A stretch of DNA of 64,000 nucleotides from Eledone cirrhosa (Eukaryota). The notes under the pieces were generated by a model. It was not told the DNA's origin and made no database searches. It was given only the letters and a program-made list of their open reading frames with translations. The stretch lies in assembly GCA_964016885.1 (NCBI GenBank), contig OZ024746.1, positions 19,220,001 to 19,284,000 of the forward strand, given 5' to 3'. The translations under genes were made by a program, and so were the position numbers. This document shows, piece by piece, positions 52,186 through 64,000 of this stretch. The stretch's first letter is position 1; every line of letters starts with the position of its first letter.

Positions 52186-52581
52186 ATTACAAAAAATGAA
52201 CTTGTCAAGCTGTTGTGCCAATTTATGCATTGCTATGAAACAAGAGATTTACTTCTAAATACTTTATATAACTATGCAGTGAAATTCTTCAAGTATATCA
52301 AAAGAATTTCTATGCAGATACAAAAGCTTCATGATCCATCTTTCTTTGAAAATAATTACTATATTCTTTCTTGCCTAACAGAATGTATTACTGAGAGCAT
52401 TGACAACCATGATTTGATGCCACCTCAAAACTATATTATTGATTTAACTACTGCTATAGAGAACTGTTTTCCTATAATAGAGGACACTTTTCCATTGATC
52501 TCTCATGCCTTGTGGCAAATGATGATTGTCATTAATAACGTTTCCCAGAACAGGAATGTTACCAATTCAAATTTCATTTGA
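52186..52581 (+). CDS. MEI4: MEI4 homologue, terminal coding exon
   Basis: ttttgtag|ATT, phase 0. FENNYYILSCLTECI and EDTFPLISHALWQM resemble the MEI4 C-terminal YENIFSLFWVLEQLL and SDAFPLFTFYLWRV. Spliced CDS is 31+225+395+396=1047 nt, or 348 aa. Confidence 0.87.
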   Translation: MTKNELVKLLCQFMHCYETRDLLLNTLYNYAVKFFKYIKRISMQIQKLHDPSFFENNYYILSCLTECITESIDNHDLMPPQNYIIDLTTAIENCFPIIEDTFPLISHALWQMMIVINNVSQNRNVTNSNFI

Positions 52582-55500
52582 AAGAATATTTGACCAACAA
52601 GCTGCGACTGCCAATGTATCTCTCACCTATCCTAATTTGAAAGAATATTTGACCAACAAGCTGCGACTGTCAATGTATCTGTCACCTATCCTAATTTGAA
52701 AGAATATTTGACCAACAAGCTGCGACTGCCAATGTATCTGTCACCTATCCTAATTTGAAAGAATATTTGACCAACAAGCTGCGACTGTCAATGTATCTGT
52801 CACCTATCCTAATTTGAAAGAATATTTGACCAACAAGCTGCGACTGTCAATGTATCTGTCACCTATCCTAATTTGAAAGAATATTTGACCAACAAGCTGC
52901 GACTGTCAATGTATCTGTCACCTATCCTAATTTGAAAGAATATTTGACCAACAAGCTGCGACTGTCAATGTATCTGTCACCTATCCTAATTTGAAAGAAT
53001 ATTTGACCAACAAGCTGCGACTGTCAATGTATCTGTCACCTATCCTAATTTGAAAGAATATTTGACCAACAAGCTGCGACTGTCAATGTATCTGTCACCT
53101 ATCCTAATTTGAAAGAATATTTGACCAACAAGCTGTTACTGTCAATGTATCTCTCACCTATCCTAATTTGAAAGAATATTTGACCAACAAGCTGCGACTG
53201 TCAATGTATCTGTCACCTATCCTAATTTGAAAGAATATTTGACCAACAAGCTGTTACTGTCAATGTATCTCTCACCTATCCTAATTTGAAAGAATATTTG
53301 ACCAACAAGCTGTTACTGTCAATGTATCTCTCACCTATCCTAATTTGAAAGAATATTTGACCAACAAGCTGCGACTGTCAATGTATCTGTCACCTATCCT
53401 AATTTGAAAGAATATTTGACCAACAAGCTGTTACTGTCAATGTATCTGTCACCTATCCTAATTTGAAAGAATATTTGACCAACAAGCTGCGACTGTCAAT
53501 GTATCTGTCACCTATCCTAATTTGAAAGAATATTTGACCAACAAGCTGCGACTGTCAATGTATCTGTCACCTATCCTAATTTGAAAGAATATTTGACCAA
53601 CAAGCTGCGACTGTCAATGTATCTGTCACCTATCCTAATTTGAAAGAATATTTGACCAACAAGCTGCGACTGTCAATGTATCTCTCACCTATCCTAATTT
53701 GAAAGAATATTTGACCAACAAGCTGTTACTGTCAATGTATCTCTCACCTATCCTAATTTGAAAGAATATTTGACCAACAAGCTGCGACTGTCAATGTATC
53801 TGTCACCTATCCTAATTTGAAAGAATATTTGACCAACAAGCTGTTACTGTCAATGTATCTCTCACCTATCCTAATTTGAAAGAATATTTGACCAACAAGC
53901 TGTTACTGTCAATGTATCTCTCACCTATCCTAATTTGAAAGAATATTTGACCAACAAGCTGCGACTGTCAATGTATCTGTCACCTATCCTAATTTGAAAG
54001 AATATTTGACCAACAAGCTGCGACTGTCAATGTATCTGTCACCTATCCTAATTTGAAAGAATATTTGACCAACAAGCTGCGACTGTCAATGTATCTCTCA
54101 CCTATCCTAATTTGAAAGAATATTTGACCAACAAGCTGCGACTGTCAATGTATCTGTCACCTATCCTAATTTGAAAGAATATTTGACCAACAAGCTGCGA
54201 CTGTCAATGTATCTGTCACCTATCCTAATTTGAAAGAATATTTGACCAACAAGCTGCGACTGTCAATGTATCTGTCACCTATCCTAATTTGAAAGAATAT
54301 TTGACCAACAAGCTGCGACTGTCAATGTATCTGTCACCTATCCTAATTTGAAAGAATATTTGACCAACAAGCTGCGACTGTCAATGTATCTGTCACCTAT
54401 CCTAATTTGAAAGAATATTTGACCAACAAGCTGCGACTGTCAATGTATCTGTCACCTATCCTAATTTGAAAGAATATTTGACCAACAAGCTGCGACTGTC
54501 AATGTATCTGTCACCTATCCTAATTTGAAAGAATATTTGACCAACAAGCTGCGACTGTCAATGTATCTCTCACCTATCCTAATTTGAAAGAATATTTGAC
54601 CAACAAGCTGCGACTGTCAATGTATCTGTCACCTATCCTAATTTGAAAGAATATTTGACCAACAAGCTGCGACTGTCAATGTATCTGTCACCTATCCTAA
54701 TTTGAAAGAATATTTGACCAACAAGCTGCGACTGTCAATGTATCTCTCACCTATCCTAATTTGAAAGAATATTTGACCAACAAGCTGCGACTGTCAATGT
54801 ATCTCTCACCTATCCTAATTTGAAAGAATATTTGACCAACAAGCTGCGACTGTCAATGTATCTGTCACCTATCCTAATTTGAAAGAATATTTGACCAACA
54901 AGCTGCGACTGTCAATGTATCTCTCACCTATCCTAATTTGAAAGAATATTTGACCAACAAGCTGCGACTGCCAATGTATCTCTCACCTATCCTAATTTGA
55001 AAGAATATTTGACCAACAAGCTGCGACTGTCAATGTATCTCTCACCTATCCTAATTTGAAAGAATATTTGACCAACAAGCTGTTACTGTCAATGTATCTG
55101 TCACCTATCCTAATTTGAAAGAATATTTGACCAACAAGCTGCGACTGTCAATGTATCTCTCACCTATCCTAATTTGAAAGAATATTTGACCAACAAGCTG
55201 CGACTGTCAATGTATCTGTCACCTATCCTAATTTGAAAGAATATTTGACCAACAAGCTGCGACTGTCAATGTATCTCTCACCTATCCTAATTTGAAAGAA
55301 TATTTGACCAACAAGCTGCGACTGTCAATGTATCTGTCACCTATCCTAATTTGAAAGAATATTTGACCAACAAGCTGCGACTGTCAATGTATCTGTCACC
55401 TATCCTAATTTGAAAGAATATTTGACCAACAAGCTGCGACTGTCAATGTATCTCTCACCTATCCTAATTTGAAAGAATATTTGACCAACAAGCTGTTACT

Positions 55501-57290
55501 GTCAATGTATCTCTCACCTATCCTAATTTGAAAGAATATTTGACCAACAAGCTGCGACTGTCAATGTATCTGTCACCTATCCTAATTTGAAAGAATATTT
55601 GACCAACAAGCTGCGACTGTCAATGTATCTGTCACCTATCCTAATTTGAAAGAATATTTGACCAACAAGCTGCGACTGTCAATGTATCTCTCACCTATCC
55701 TAATTTGAAAGAATATTTGACCAACAAGCTGCGACTGTCAATGTATCTGTCACCTATCCTAATTTGAAAGAATATTTGACCAACAAGCTGCGACTGTCAA
55801 TGTATCTGTCACCTATCCTAATTTGAAAGAATATTTGACCAACAAGCTGTTACTGTCAATGTATCTCTCACCTATCCTAATTTGAAAGAATATTTGACCA
55901 ACAAGCTGCGACTGTCAATGTATCTGTCACCTATCCTAATTTGAAAGAATATTTGACCAACAAGCTGTTACTGTCAATGTATCTCTCACCTATCCTAATT
56001 TGAAAGAATATTTGACCAACAAGCTGCGACTGTCAATGTATCTGTCACCTATCCTAATTTGAAAGAATATTTGACCAACAAGCTGCGACTGTCAATGTAT
56101 CTCTCACCTATCCTAATTTGAAAGAATATTTGACCAACAAGCTGCGACTGTCAATGTATCTCTCACCTATCCTAATTTGAAAGAATATTTGACCAACAAG
56201 CTGCGACTGTCAATGTATCTGTCACCTATCCTAATTTGAAAGAATATTTGACCAACAAGCTGCGACTGTCAATGTATCTGTCACCTATCCTAATTTGAAA
56301 GAATATTTGACCAACAAGCTGCGACTGTCAATGTATCTGTCACCTATCCTAATTTGAAAGAATATTTGACCAACAAGCTGTGACTGTCAATGTATCTCTC
56401 ACCTATCCTAATTTGAAAGAATATTTGACCAACAAGCTGCGACTGTCAATGTATCTCTCACCTATCCTAATTTGAAAGAATATTTGACCAACAAGCTGCG
56501 ACTGTCAATGTATCTCTCACCTATCCTAATTTGAAAGAATATTTGACCAACAAGCTGCGACTGTCAATGTATCTGTCACCTATCCTAATTTGAAAGAATA
56601 TTTGACCAACAAGCTGCGACTGTCAATGTATCTCTCACCTATCCTAATTTGAAAGAATATTTGACCAACAAGCTGCGACTGTCAATGTATCTGTCACCTA
56701 TCCTAATTTGAAAGAATATTTGACCAACAAGCTGTTACTGTCAATGTATCTGTCACCTATCCTAATTTGAAAGAATATTTGACCAACAAGCTGCGACTGT
56801 CAATGTATCTGTCACCTATCCTAATTTGAAAGAATATTTGACCAACAAGCTGCGACTGTCAATGTATCTGTCACCTATCCTAATTTGAAAGAATATTTGA
56901 CCAACAAGCTGTTACTGTCAATGTATCTGTCACCTATCCTAATTTGAAAGAATATTTGACCAACAAGCTGCGACTGTCAATGTATCTCTCACCTATCCTA
57001 ATTTGAAAGAATATTTGACCAACAAGCTGTTACTGTCAATGTGTCTCTCACCTATCCTAATTTGAAAGAATATTTGACCAACAAGCTGTTACTGTCAATC
57101 TGTCCCTCACCTATCCTAATTTGAAAGAATATTTGACCAACAAGCTGTTACTGTCAATGTGTCTCTCACCTATCCTAATTTGAAAGAATATTTGACCAAC
57201 AAGCTGCGACTGTCAATGCGTCTCTCACCTATCCTAATTTGAAAGAATATTTGACCAACTACTGTCAATTTATCTGTCACTTATCCTTAT
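52577..57290. repeat. 59-bp satellite: 79 full units plus one degenerate unit, starting on the MEI4 stop codon
   Basis: tttgaaagaatatttgaccaacaagctg(cg/tt)actgtcaatgtatct(g/c)tcacctatcctaa; period 59 from 52577 to 57238. Confidence 0.97.
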
Positions 57291-58654
57291 GGATGACATT
57301 ATGATTAATGAGAATGGGATATATAAGCTGGTAATTTTCTTTTTTTTATGGAAGTATTTAATATTGGTTATGATGTTTTTGAATTTGGGACTTGGTGGCA
57401 TGCACCATGCTGCATGTCCAATCTACAGTAGGTGACTGTACAACAGAGTAGGCTCTCCATCTCAAGTGAAGTTGGCTCTGTGGCCCCTCCTTTTAACAAT
57501 ATCTTCACCTACCCATTTAATATTTTTTCTAATTTTTTTGTTGCCCCTACAAAGAAGGGCAAAACTGTCTGAAAAGGTCTTCTGTGTGTTGCTGGAGACA
57601 GCTTCGAACCCACTCCACATCGTTATTGTCATTGTTTTTACTGTTATTCATGTTGCCATTTGTATTGTTTTTGTATTGTGTAGCTGTTATTTTTGTTTGT
57701 TTCTGTGTCATGTTTGTAATTGTAGCGGTGGTGTTTGTACTCGTGTTTTATTGGTTTTATTATTTATAATTATTTCTGGTGATTGTGTTGTCAGTTTCGA
57801 GTATTCCATTTCATATTGTTTTGTGCTATGTTGTTGCTGTCGGCGACAGGAAATTTAGAATATAAAGTTCAAATATTTGGGCCAAAAGCCCAAATATTAT
57901 GATATCTCACTTCTTGAGGGCAAAGGATGATATCTTATGTCCACTTTGAAACAAAAATTATAACAAAACAAACGTTTTAAACAGGTAAAAACTAACAAAC
58001 GTATGAGGGCAAATTACATCACATGTCAATAAAAGAACAAACAAAATAATAAATAAATTAATTAAAAGAAAAATGTAAATCAAACATTATCATTAGTAGC
58101 TGAATGATAATGATAATAATATTTATTTAAAAAAATATTACAAAGAAAATTTGACAAAAATAAAGTTTTATTAATTTTTTTATTTAAAATGGTTTTGTTT
58201 ATCTGTTAATTTCTATGAATAGTTTCTTATACAGAAATAATGTGAAGAAACTCAATTTGTTGAATGTATTTCATGAGATTACACCCAATGTAGATTAGGT
58301 TCTGTATTTACAGACAGAAGCTGCACAAAGGGAATGTATCATTATTACCCTTTTTTATTCTTGTAAAAAAAATTTATAAAAACTTAATTGCATTGACGTA
58401 AATTAATAATTCTTCTGATAAGAAGGCTGTGCTGAATTCAAAACATTTTCAAGACATGTTGTATGTCAGGATGGTATCCCTATGACTTCATCAGGGTTTA
58501 AGGGTCTGTGAACATAGATTTTCTGGGTATCAGAGATGAGCCTGGTCTGGTAGCACAGCTGATGAGATGTTGGGTTATCTGGCAAAGAATTTAAGTGAAA
58601 TGAGTCAGGGGGAACAGTTGATGCCATAGTTGAATTCAGCATATCACAAAGGCA

Positions 58655-58794
58655 TTAGTGAGGTTTCTTTCCTTCCACGATATCATAAATTGCATTAAGG
58701 CTTTGTTCAATTGCTGTGATCAAATCAGCTCCATTTCTGTGGGGACTGTAAGAAGTGATGATATAACCAGTAGCTTTGTCTCCAATTTGGTAAC
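58655..58794 (-). CDS. CPT2: Carnitine palmitoyltransferase 2, terminal exon
   Basis: aaag|GT TAC...: GYQIGDKATGYIITSYSPHRNGADLITAIEQSLNAIYDIVEGKKPH*. Matches the CPT2 C-terminus (GY.V.D..IG..VSSY..RN...F...VEK.L.D..D.LEGK). Confidence 0.9.
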
Positions 58795-59509
58795 CTTTTC
58801 AAACAAAAGGAGAATGAGATAAAGTATTACATCAAGGAAGTATGTTTAAAAAGTGGCAAATGGAGATTGAAAATAGAAGACTTTGCTCTAAATTTTTGAC
58901 TAAATAAAAAGTCAGGGTATATAGACCCACTGGACAGAAAAGATGGGCATCAGCATATGGGGGTTGAACTCATACCTCCTATTTACTGGACAAGTACACT
59001 ACCATTATGTCAATGAACACACACATTTGTCAAACCCATGCTAGTGTGGGAAAAAAATGGACGTTAAACAGTGATGATGATATATATATATATGCAAGGT
59101 AGGGTGGTGGATTGGTAGAGCATCAGACAATACACCACCTGGTCCGGGAATTGAACTCACAACCTCACGATTGCAAGCCCAACTCTCTAACTACTAAGAC
59201 ATGTGCCAAGTACAGAGGAAAGTAAGCTTGAACATGTCAATGAAGTATTAGATAATGAATCAAGCAGTGGAGTTAAATGATAAAAGACATGCTATGCTAA
59301 ACAAATGAAATGTTGCATATTTCATATCAACTATTAAAAACAAAGTCTAACATTACTTCCTAGTGTTTACATTAGCTAACAACAGGTTTCTTTTTTCTTT
59401 TTCTTGCAGTAGAGAAGATAATATTTCAGTGAAACCTTACTTCACTTTATGGTGAAATAAATAAAAACATTAATACAAGTAGTGCTAGAATCAACTAGAG
59501 ATTACGTAC

Positions 59510-59701
59510 CAATTCCAAAACCATTAGGTACTACAGGTCCAAAGCCACCAAACTGTGTGACTGCACTGCTTAGTGTAGATGTTGAAAGGATAATGTTGTT
59601 AATAAGTTTATAATTTGGATCTGTGAACAGAGCTGGCATTTTATTTTTGCTCTTTTCAGCAAGAATCCTCATTCCAAATAGATGTCTATCAAATGCTTGT
59701 C
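59510..59701 (-). CDS. CPT2: CPT2 exon
   Basis: GQAFDRHLFGMR...LFTDPNY..INNIILSTSTLSS....GGFGPVVPNGFGI, which includes the carnitine acyltransferase DRHL and STS motifs. Canonical AG/GT, phase 1/1. Confidence 0.95.
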
Positions 59702-61383
59702 CTGTAATGAAATAAGTAAAAACATTTTAACACAGCCTGTTTAATTCTATAATTGGTTTAAAAGTTCTTGTATTTGTTGGGAGATATGTGTTAGAATTTA
59801 TGGAAGGTTTAGAAGAAATTTAATCTTTGGTTTACCTTTTTAGCATTTACATTACCACAAAATACAATAGTATATATAGAGTAAAGGCTTTATCTCACAT
59901 AATATCGAATATATGAGATTTTGATATTTATTTTGGAAACAATTCCTTATCAGTATGAGTAGCAAGTTACAGTCAGTTTGAATAGAAAAAGGTGAGAGAA
60001 TTCTGGCCGGATACAGCCGGTTTAAATGCTAAAGGGTTAAAGTCACAGATTAGGTATTAGGCTAGAAGTTAAATATGTTTAGAGTAAGACCACAGTTTCT
60101 CTATTTATCACGAAAATCTAATATGTATTTATTTATTTAATCAATTAAAACATCTATATAGAGCTAGAAAGCCATAACAGACTAGAGGAAGGATCTAGTA
60201 CTTCTTACAGTTGAGAAACAAAAAGTAAGACAGAGATAAGTGAATATAAACATTAAAATAAAAAAATAAAAATTAAATTAAATAGGGAAGGTCAACTGGA
60301 GATAAAATAAGCATAAAAAAATAGGAAACAAGGTAAGGTGTAAAACAGCTTGAAGGTTCTGTTGTTGAATCTTTTCATAACCTCCATGTACTCAAAGATT
60401 TTGTTTATAGTTGGTAGATCTTTGACAATATATTGTATCTCCAATGATTGACTTCAAGATGGCATCTCTCTCTCTAAACAACTAAATAACTGGTGTTAAT
60501 CAAAACTAGAAATCTACAGTGTATACACTTACATGAACACTGCAAAAATACTTCTTTCTTGCAGTGTTACATACAGGCAATGAGATATGATTGGATACTA
60601 TTGTTCAAATTGGTTATCTCTATGACACAAAGAACATTAACTAATGTTTTATTAAATACTGGCTACTATACACTTTAATAAAAACAATTCATTTTAATAA
60701 ACCTGTGCCATACTCTAGGTGAGGAGTTGGCAGTGTCATTTGAGCATTGTATAAGATTCCCTGATGTATTTAATACAGATCTTTGTGTTCTGAGTTCAAA
60801 TCCCACTAAGGCCTGCTTGGCTGATGAGATGAAAATAATTTTTAAGACTTGACTTTTTACATTGATATACTTGTTAAACAGTATAAAATCTACAACACTT
60901 TCCATATTTTTTCAAATACTTTGTTGGAAATTATAGTTAAACTAGTTGAAAAATATAAGGAAAGAAGTATAAAAAAAATTGAGACAAATCTTTATTTTTC
61001 TAATGTTTAGTCATGGAGGGACATAACGCTTTTTTGACGCCTTTGAGATGGGTGAAAGGTACCCTTAAGTTAGAAACCAGCTCTAAATGATTCCAATAGG
61101 GTGAATTCCATTGAAGGCCACTAAGGGCTAGATCATGATGTTAAATTAAGCAACAAATTAAGTTTACCACTAAAGTAAGCCTTAGTGGGATTTGAACTCA
61201 GAACACCTAGTGAATCTTGTGCAATAATTTAATAACTCTGCCAGCTACCCACCTAGTAGTATGGCACAGGTTTATTAAAGTGCATTGTTTCAAAGAGATG
61301 GGGATATCTAGAGAAAGTGACCTGGGGAGTAGTTTTAGTCCTACAAACTTCAAAGAAAATTAAAAAAATGTTTACTTCCTTAC

Positions 61384-61615
61384 CCATTGCTGCTGATTTT
61401 GTAAGATTCATATGGACTTTACTGCATTCTTCAAGAATAGCTTGCATTTCTGCAAGGGTGGAAGTAGATTTAGATCCAAAAATAATTTCACAAGCTTTCT
61501 TTGTGGCTAATGTATTTGGTCTTATAGTCTCTGTGCGGCCATGTTTAAAAGCTGCAGTGCTACATGACTCATAACTTGCAGCAAATTCTCCAGAAGTCAT
61601 TTTGTAGAAACCCAT
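61384..61615 (-). CDS. CPT2: CPT2 exon
   Basis: YESCSTAAFKHGRTETIRP...ECSK.H..LTK.AAMG, a CPT2-diagnostic motif. AG/GT boundaries. Confidence 0.96.
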
Positions 61616-62146
61616 CTTTAATAGAAGAAAAAAAAAAATAAGACAAGTTAAATATATATACTATATCTTTAATTGTAGGCAGCAAATTGGCAGAGTCATT
61701 AGAACATCTTTAATTATAGGTGGCTAATTGGCAGTTTGTTAATCTTTCTCGCTTTTATTTTGTAAGTGCTATTAAACATCTTTATTTTCAAACAGTAAAA
61801 AGTAACATTTTGAAATACATTCTAACCTGATGAATAAATATTCTTACCTTGAAAATCAAGATGAAGCATGAGTTTATTTGAAATTCAATAGAAATAATTT
61901 GAAAACTTAAATGCATGAATAACTGTTAAAACAACCAAATGCCATTAATGACAGCATGTAAGTCTGGTAAAAAATATCTCGAGAAGTACGGCTATTCTTG
62001 TGTCCAAGAGATATTTTTAGCCAACTTACATGTTGTCATTAACGGTATTTGGCTGTTTTAACGGTTATTCTTGCATAAAAGTTTTCAAATTATTTCTATG
62101 AATTCTTACTTGAGAATAAAGTAGTATAGTTCTCAATCATTCTTAC

Positions 62147-62316
62147 CTGAATTGCTAACTGCATTACTGAATCAGGACTAAGGTTCTTTGCCTTTATAAA
62201 ATTTTTGTTAAACTTTTTATAGTCAATAAAATTCTTCTGCAAACGTCCAGTGGCTTCACTGAATCTCTCTTTGGCATCTGTAATACTTGCTTTAAGTTTG
62301 GCATCTAATTGGAAAT
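62147..62316 (-). CDS. CPT2: CPT2 exon; upstream exons probably lie beyond the window
   Basis: FQLDAKLKASITDAKERF...KNFIKAKNLSPDSVMQLAIQ|gtaaga. Confidence 0.93.
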
Positions 62317-64000
62317 CTAAGCAATGAAATAAAAAAACAACGGCCATTATTTTGTTTTAATATATTTATAAGAAATAAAAAGACATTTTTTATAAAAGTA
62401 TCACCATTATACATTGAACATTTCATTTCCTTTGTTTTGATGTTTTGATTATTAATGAAATGAGGACACTTCACTGACTAGGAAGATAACAGTTAACTCT
62501 GAATATAAACTCTACATGAACATGTTGGGCAGTCTCCTGATGGATACTCCAGCATACATGGAAGTTATGGATATGGTATGAGGAGGGATCAAGTGAAAAT
62601 TGGGCTTCTATTTCTAGCAGATCTATCAAACATGCTGAAGCTTCATCTTTGGTGCATCATGAAGGTAGTCATCATCATCATTATTATTTAACATCCATTT
62701 TCCATGCTTGCATGGGTTAGATGGGTCCTTCTCAGTACAGCATCTCTCCACTTGTAGCATTCCTTTGTCATCTCCTCCATGAGCTTTAGCAATCAGAGAT
62801 CAGTTCTCACCACTTCCATCCAGGTCCTCCTTGGCCTTCTACTGCAGTTTCCTTCCACTGGGATTATTTAGCACTTCTTCACCCAGCAATCATCATTTAT
62901 GCACATCTCATGTCCATACCAACAGTATCCTCTCTTGCACACTACTTCTGATTCCTCTTAAACCCAGTTTCTCCCTCAGTTCATCCAAGCTCTGCCTTTC
63001 TCACATTAACATTAACATTGCAAATCCATCGAAGCATGCGAGCCTCATGTCTCTCCAGCCTTGGCATTCACAGGATTAAACTTTGTCTCAAGATGGAGTT
63101 TCATTGTAGCAGTGCTTATCCCAGTTTCCATGGTGTTAAGCAACTGAGAGCACAAGGCTTTCCCCTGGACAGGACACCAGTCCATCACAGGGTTAAACCT
63201 TCAGTTACTGCTAGTATTTATTTTCAGCTAAGTATACTGGGGTAACGTGAAATGAAGTGTTTTGCTCAACAATATGACACAAAACCCAGTTGAGGAATCA
63301 AACCCACGATATTATGATCATAAGTCCAACACCCTAACCACTAGGCCACATGCCTTTACTTTTCCTTAATAGCTTTATTTAAAATTTTCTGTAGCCAGTT
63401 TTTGCATATCTATTAACAACCTGTGATACTTGTTTATCCAGCTGTATTGTATCACAAGCCTACACCCTTTCCTACATGTAATACTACTACCACTAATTTT
63501 TTTTATTGAGAAATATTTTAAAAATGTCTTACAACCCACACCCATAAACTACTCATGCAGAAAATAAAAGTATTAACAATGAATATTAGAACTCCTACAT
63601 GATTGGAACACACTTCTAATCTATACATACCCAACAATATATGAATGAGCAGTAACAGCAATAGTTTAGAACATTAGTACGAAACCTTCCTAAATGTCAT
63701 TGCCTATTTCAGATAAACATAAAACAAATTTGTACCAAAATATATCAACTATGAGGTGACAAATTGGCAGAGTTATTAGAACGTCAGATAGAATGCTTTG
63801 TGATATTTATCATATTCATTCTGACTCTCTGCTCTCTGAGTTTAAATCCAGAAGAGTTCAATTTTGCCTTTCATTCTTTTGAGATCAATAAAAAAAAGTA
63901 CCAGTCTAGTACTGGGGTCTATTCTTCCTCTATATCTCTTTCCCACTTCCATTCTCTCACTTTCTCTCCTTCTCTGGAAGAAACTAGCTGTATTCAGACC

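Noticed and set aside
52577-57290. CRISPR array, telomeric repeat or coding repeat
   Set aside because: No spacers; only one TTAGG per unit on the minus strand; the period is not a multiple of 3 and stops are present.
57466-57858. 130-aa hydrophobic ORF
   Set aside because: Low-complexity TG-rich sequence in the presumed 3'UTR or intergenic gap, non-ATG start, no recognisable homology.

Overview
AT-rich, intron-rich animal genomic DNA, not prokaryotic. The SINE, RTE and microsatellite landscape is typical of a coleoid cephalopod, probably an octopus (inference). Two convergent spliced genes can be reconstructed. One is a complete 4-coding-exon MEI4 homologue, a meiotic double-strand-break factor (+ strand, 40653-52581, about 348 aa). 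The other is the last four exons of mitochondrial carnitine palmitoyltransferase 2 (CPT2, - strand, 62316-58655). A 4.7-kb array of about 80 x 59-bp units begins exactly on the MEI4 stop codon and fills most of the gap between the two genes. The rest is repeats: two divergent GC-rich CRE-clade (restriction-like endonuclease) retrotransposon fragments, R4/Dong, RTE and I-group LINE remnants, tRNA-derived SINEs, mariner, Tc1, piggyBac and hAT-like MITEs, a non-autonomous Helitron, several minisatellites (21, 58, 35, 29 and 48 bp) and many long fold-back palindromes. There is also a weak candidate spliced minus-strand transcript (30803 to 12704). No CRISPR array, rRNA or convincing tRNA gene was seen. 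All homology calls are by eye, from recalled motifs, and repeat boundaries are approximate.
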